A stretch of DNA of 64,000 nt. Source: Candidatus Limnocylindria bacterium (lineage in GTDB: Bacteria; Chloroflexota; Limnocylindria; QHBO01). The DNA lies in assembly GCA_050692055.1 (NCBI GenBank), contig JBOGTC010000072.1:12978-76977 (forward strand). The letters run 5' to 3'. Each line of letters opens with the position of its first letter. The stretch's first letter is position 1. Positions 62,288-64,000 of this stretch are shown one piece after another. The notes below the pieces were generated by a model. It did no database searches and was not told the origin of the DNA. It saw only the letters and a list, made by a program, of their open reading frames with translations. Made by a program: the position numbers and the translations under genes.

Positions 62288-62787
62288 CCTTCCGATTCCG
62301 TAGGCGCCATGCGTCCGCTCGCGGCCAGGCCATGGTCGAGTTCGCACTGAGCGTATCGGTATTCGTCATCATCCTTGTCGGCCTGTTCGACCTCGGGCGC
62401 GGCGTCTGGAACTACAACGCGCTGTCGCAGGCAGCTCGAGAGGGAGCTCGCCTCGCCTCCGTCCAGGCGAACTGGATCGGCCAGACCGGAGGCGACTGCA
62501 CGGTTCCCAATTGTCCTGCCACGCCCGCTGCCTTCGAGGCCAACGTCCTCGCCGCATTGAACGAGCACGTCGCCGGGGTCGGGACCATCTCGTCGGCCCA
62601 GGTCGAGGTGCACTGCTCAAGCGCGCCTCCGCCAGACAACAGCAGCTGGAGCGGAAACAACTGCTCATCCAACAACACATCGGGCGGCGGCCGCGTCGTC
62701 ACCGTTCGCGTCGAGTTCACCTTCACGCCGCTCATCGCGATCGGCAGCGTCGACATGTCATCTCAGACCTCGATGGTCATCAATTGA
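62284..62787 (+). CDS. TadE/TadF-like pseudopilin
   Basis: 'ARGQAMVEFALSVSVFVIILVGLFDLGRGVW' and an ATGA overlap with the previous gene. Confidence 0.85.
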   Translation: MTFRFRRRHASARGQAMVEFALSVSVFVIILVGLFDLGRGVWNYNALSQAAREGARLASVQANWIGQTGGDCTVPNCPATPAAFEANVLAALNEHVAGVGTISSAQVEVHCSSAPPPDNSSWSGNNCSSNNTSGGGRVVTVRVEFTFTPLIAIGSVDMSSQTSMVIN

Positions 62788-62798
62788 GGAGTCATCCA

Positions 62799-63974
62799 AT
62801 GTTTGGTTTGTTTCGTTCGCGAGGCCGATCCCCCCGGGGCCAGATGATGGTCATCGTCGCGGGGGGGATGGTCGTCATCGTCGCCATGGTCGGCCTCGTC
62901 ATCGACAGTGGCTACGCGTGGTCGCAGCGGCGCTCGGTCCAGAATGCCGCCGACATGGCGTCGATGGCCGGGGCACGGGTCGTCGGCCTCCATACGCAGA
63001 GCGGGTCTGCTGCCGGCCCTGCCGACAGTGACGTCCAGGGAGCGGTCGAGGATGTGCTCGCAGAGAACGGCAGGAGCACCACGCCGTGCAGCGTATCGGT
63101 GACCGAAGACTGCTACACGGCGCGTTACGTTGACGAGGCCGGGGTCGTGATTCCGGGCGCTCTGGTCGGCGGCGGCAGCCTGCCCTCGGCTGCACGAGGC
63201 GTCCAGGTGGAGCCGACCTCGCAGGTCGACACCTTCTTCATGGGGGTCCTCGGGTTCTCGGAGGTGACGACGTCGGCTCCCGCGACGGCACGAGTCAGCG
63301 GTGCAGCCAATGTCGGCGGCCCCGGGGACAACCTGCTGCCGATCGCCGTCGTCCTCGATGACGAGCTGTGGAATGATCACTTCTGCGCACCTGACCAGGC
63401 CGCATCGGAGTGCACGGAGCTGCACCTGGATACCGAGGTGGAGCCCGGCTCTGGTCACAACGGCTTGCCAGGTCAGTTCGGCTGGCTGAGCTGGGACGGT
63501 AGCAACAGCGTTCCTCCGTTGAGGGACTGGATCGGACCGCCGGCCAACAGCCCTGTGTACGAGGTCCCGCACAACGACTACATCGAGATCGAAGGGGTGC
63601 CGGGCAGCAAGGAAACCCTCAGGGACAACATTCGGGATTGGGCGGCACTGGAAACGACGGTAATCATCCCGATCGTATCGCCGGGCCCACCGGATGCCGG
63701 TGAGGACTGCAACTCACAGCCTGACCGATGCTATCCCGGCACGAATACTCCCTATCCTGAGTCCGGGGGAGGAACTGGTTCCAACGCCTGGTACAACATC
63801 ATCGGCTTCGCCGGGTTCGAAATCACCGGCTGTGCCAGTGGCGGCGGTCCTAATGGATGCGTCCGGAACATCTACGGCGTCTTCCGCCAGGTGCTCTTCA
63901 ACGGGCCGACGGGTTCGACCAGTGGCAGCGCCAGCAGCCCTTGGCAGATCTTGGCTACCCAGTTGGTGGACTGA
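62799..63974 (+). CDS. tadG: TadG-like pilus-associated protein (Tad N-terminal domain)
   Basis: RBS TGAGGAG precedes the ATG at 62799. 'PRGQMMVIVAGGMVVIVAMVGLVIDSGYAWSQRRSVQNAADMASMAGA' is the TadG-type N-terminus. The longer track ORF start was rejected. Confidence 0.75.
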   Translation: MFGLFRSRGRSPRGQMMVIVAGGMVVIVAMVGLVIDSGYAWSQRRSVQNAADMASMAGARVVGLHTQSGSAAGPADSDVQGAVEDVLAENGRSTTPCSVSVTEDCYTARYVDEAGVVIPGALVGGGSLPSAARGVQVEPTSQVDTFFMGVLGFSEVTTSAPATARVSGAANVGGPGDNLLPIAVVLDDELWNDHFCAPDQAASECTELHLDTEVEPGSGHNGLPGQFGWLSWDGSNSVPPLRDWIGPPANSPVYEVPHNDYIEIEGVPGSKETLRDNIRDWAALETTVIIPIVSPGPPDAGEDCNSQPDRCYPGTNTPYPESGGGTGSNAWYNIIGFAGFEITGCASGGGPNGCVRNIYGVFRQVLFNGPTGSTSGSASSPWQILATQLVD

Positions 63975-64000
63975 GCGGGTTCCCCCAGGTCATCCACCAC

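Noticed and set aside
1-64000. Search for mobile elements, integrases, tRNA/rRNA genes, toxin-antitoxin or known defence-system genes
   Set aside because: No transposase or integrase-like ORFs were seen. There are no terminal inverted repeats flanking a block, no tRNA-like T-arm/acceptor patterns, and no nuclease, helicase or methylase defence signatures.
51298-64000. Secretin (RcpA/CpaC) and prepilin peptidase (TadV/CpaA) in the Tad locus
   Set aside because: I looked through all ORFs on both strands and none has a secretin or A24-peptidase-like sequence. Absence is reported rather than a feature, and they may lie beyond the window.

Overview
This is a very GC-rich bacterial chromosomal segment. 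The gene families and start/stop-overlap style fit a high-GC Actinomycetota- or Chloroflexota-like lineage, but I cannot place it more precisely from sequence alone. I recognised no rRNA, tRNA, CRISPR array, transposase or integrase. Many long ORFs in the six-frame track are GC-driven antisense or read-through artefacts, and the true genes were picked by family motifs, RBS and ATGA/GTGA coupling. The window falls into five blocks. (1) 1-8.9 kb holds miscellaneous genes: SDR, SRPBCC, DUF2231, a small Cys-rich protein, an HTH regulator, a DUF385/F420-type oxidoreductase, a LuxR-type two-component system, a GT4 and an MFS transporter. (2) 8.9-23.9 kb is a sugar uptake/catabolism region. It has a 10-gene minus-strand operon (Gfo/Idh/MocA, TIM-barrel isomerase, DeoC, SIS, ribose-type ABC importer, ROK kinase, GntR), a divergent ROK regulator, a second Gfo/Idh/MocA enzyme, and a PTE-like/FAD-oxidoreductase pair. 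(3) 24-26 kb holds small housekeeping genes (YtxH, pcm, YggT). (4) 26.1-51.2 kb is an unusually GT-C-rich envelope-glycan island. It encodes a PglC-like phosphoglycosyl transferase fused to a PglF/CapD-like dehydratase, DegT, Wzx, an O-antigen-ligase/polymerase-like protein with a TPR tail, four DUF2029/GT87 paralogs and two paralogous unknown polytopic proteins. It also encodes a GT39-like protein, an LtaS/EptA-like protein, a membrane spermidine-synthase-like protein, a methyltransferase and an HTTM-DCC fusion. (5) 51.3-64 kb is a Tad/Flp pilus locus with two complete two-component systems embedded and a canonical receiver domain on TadZ. The best candidates for something undescribed are the glycan island as a whole, its HTTM(vitamin-K-carboxylase-like)-DCC redox module, and the paralogous polytopic pair.
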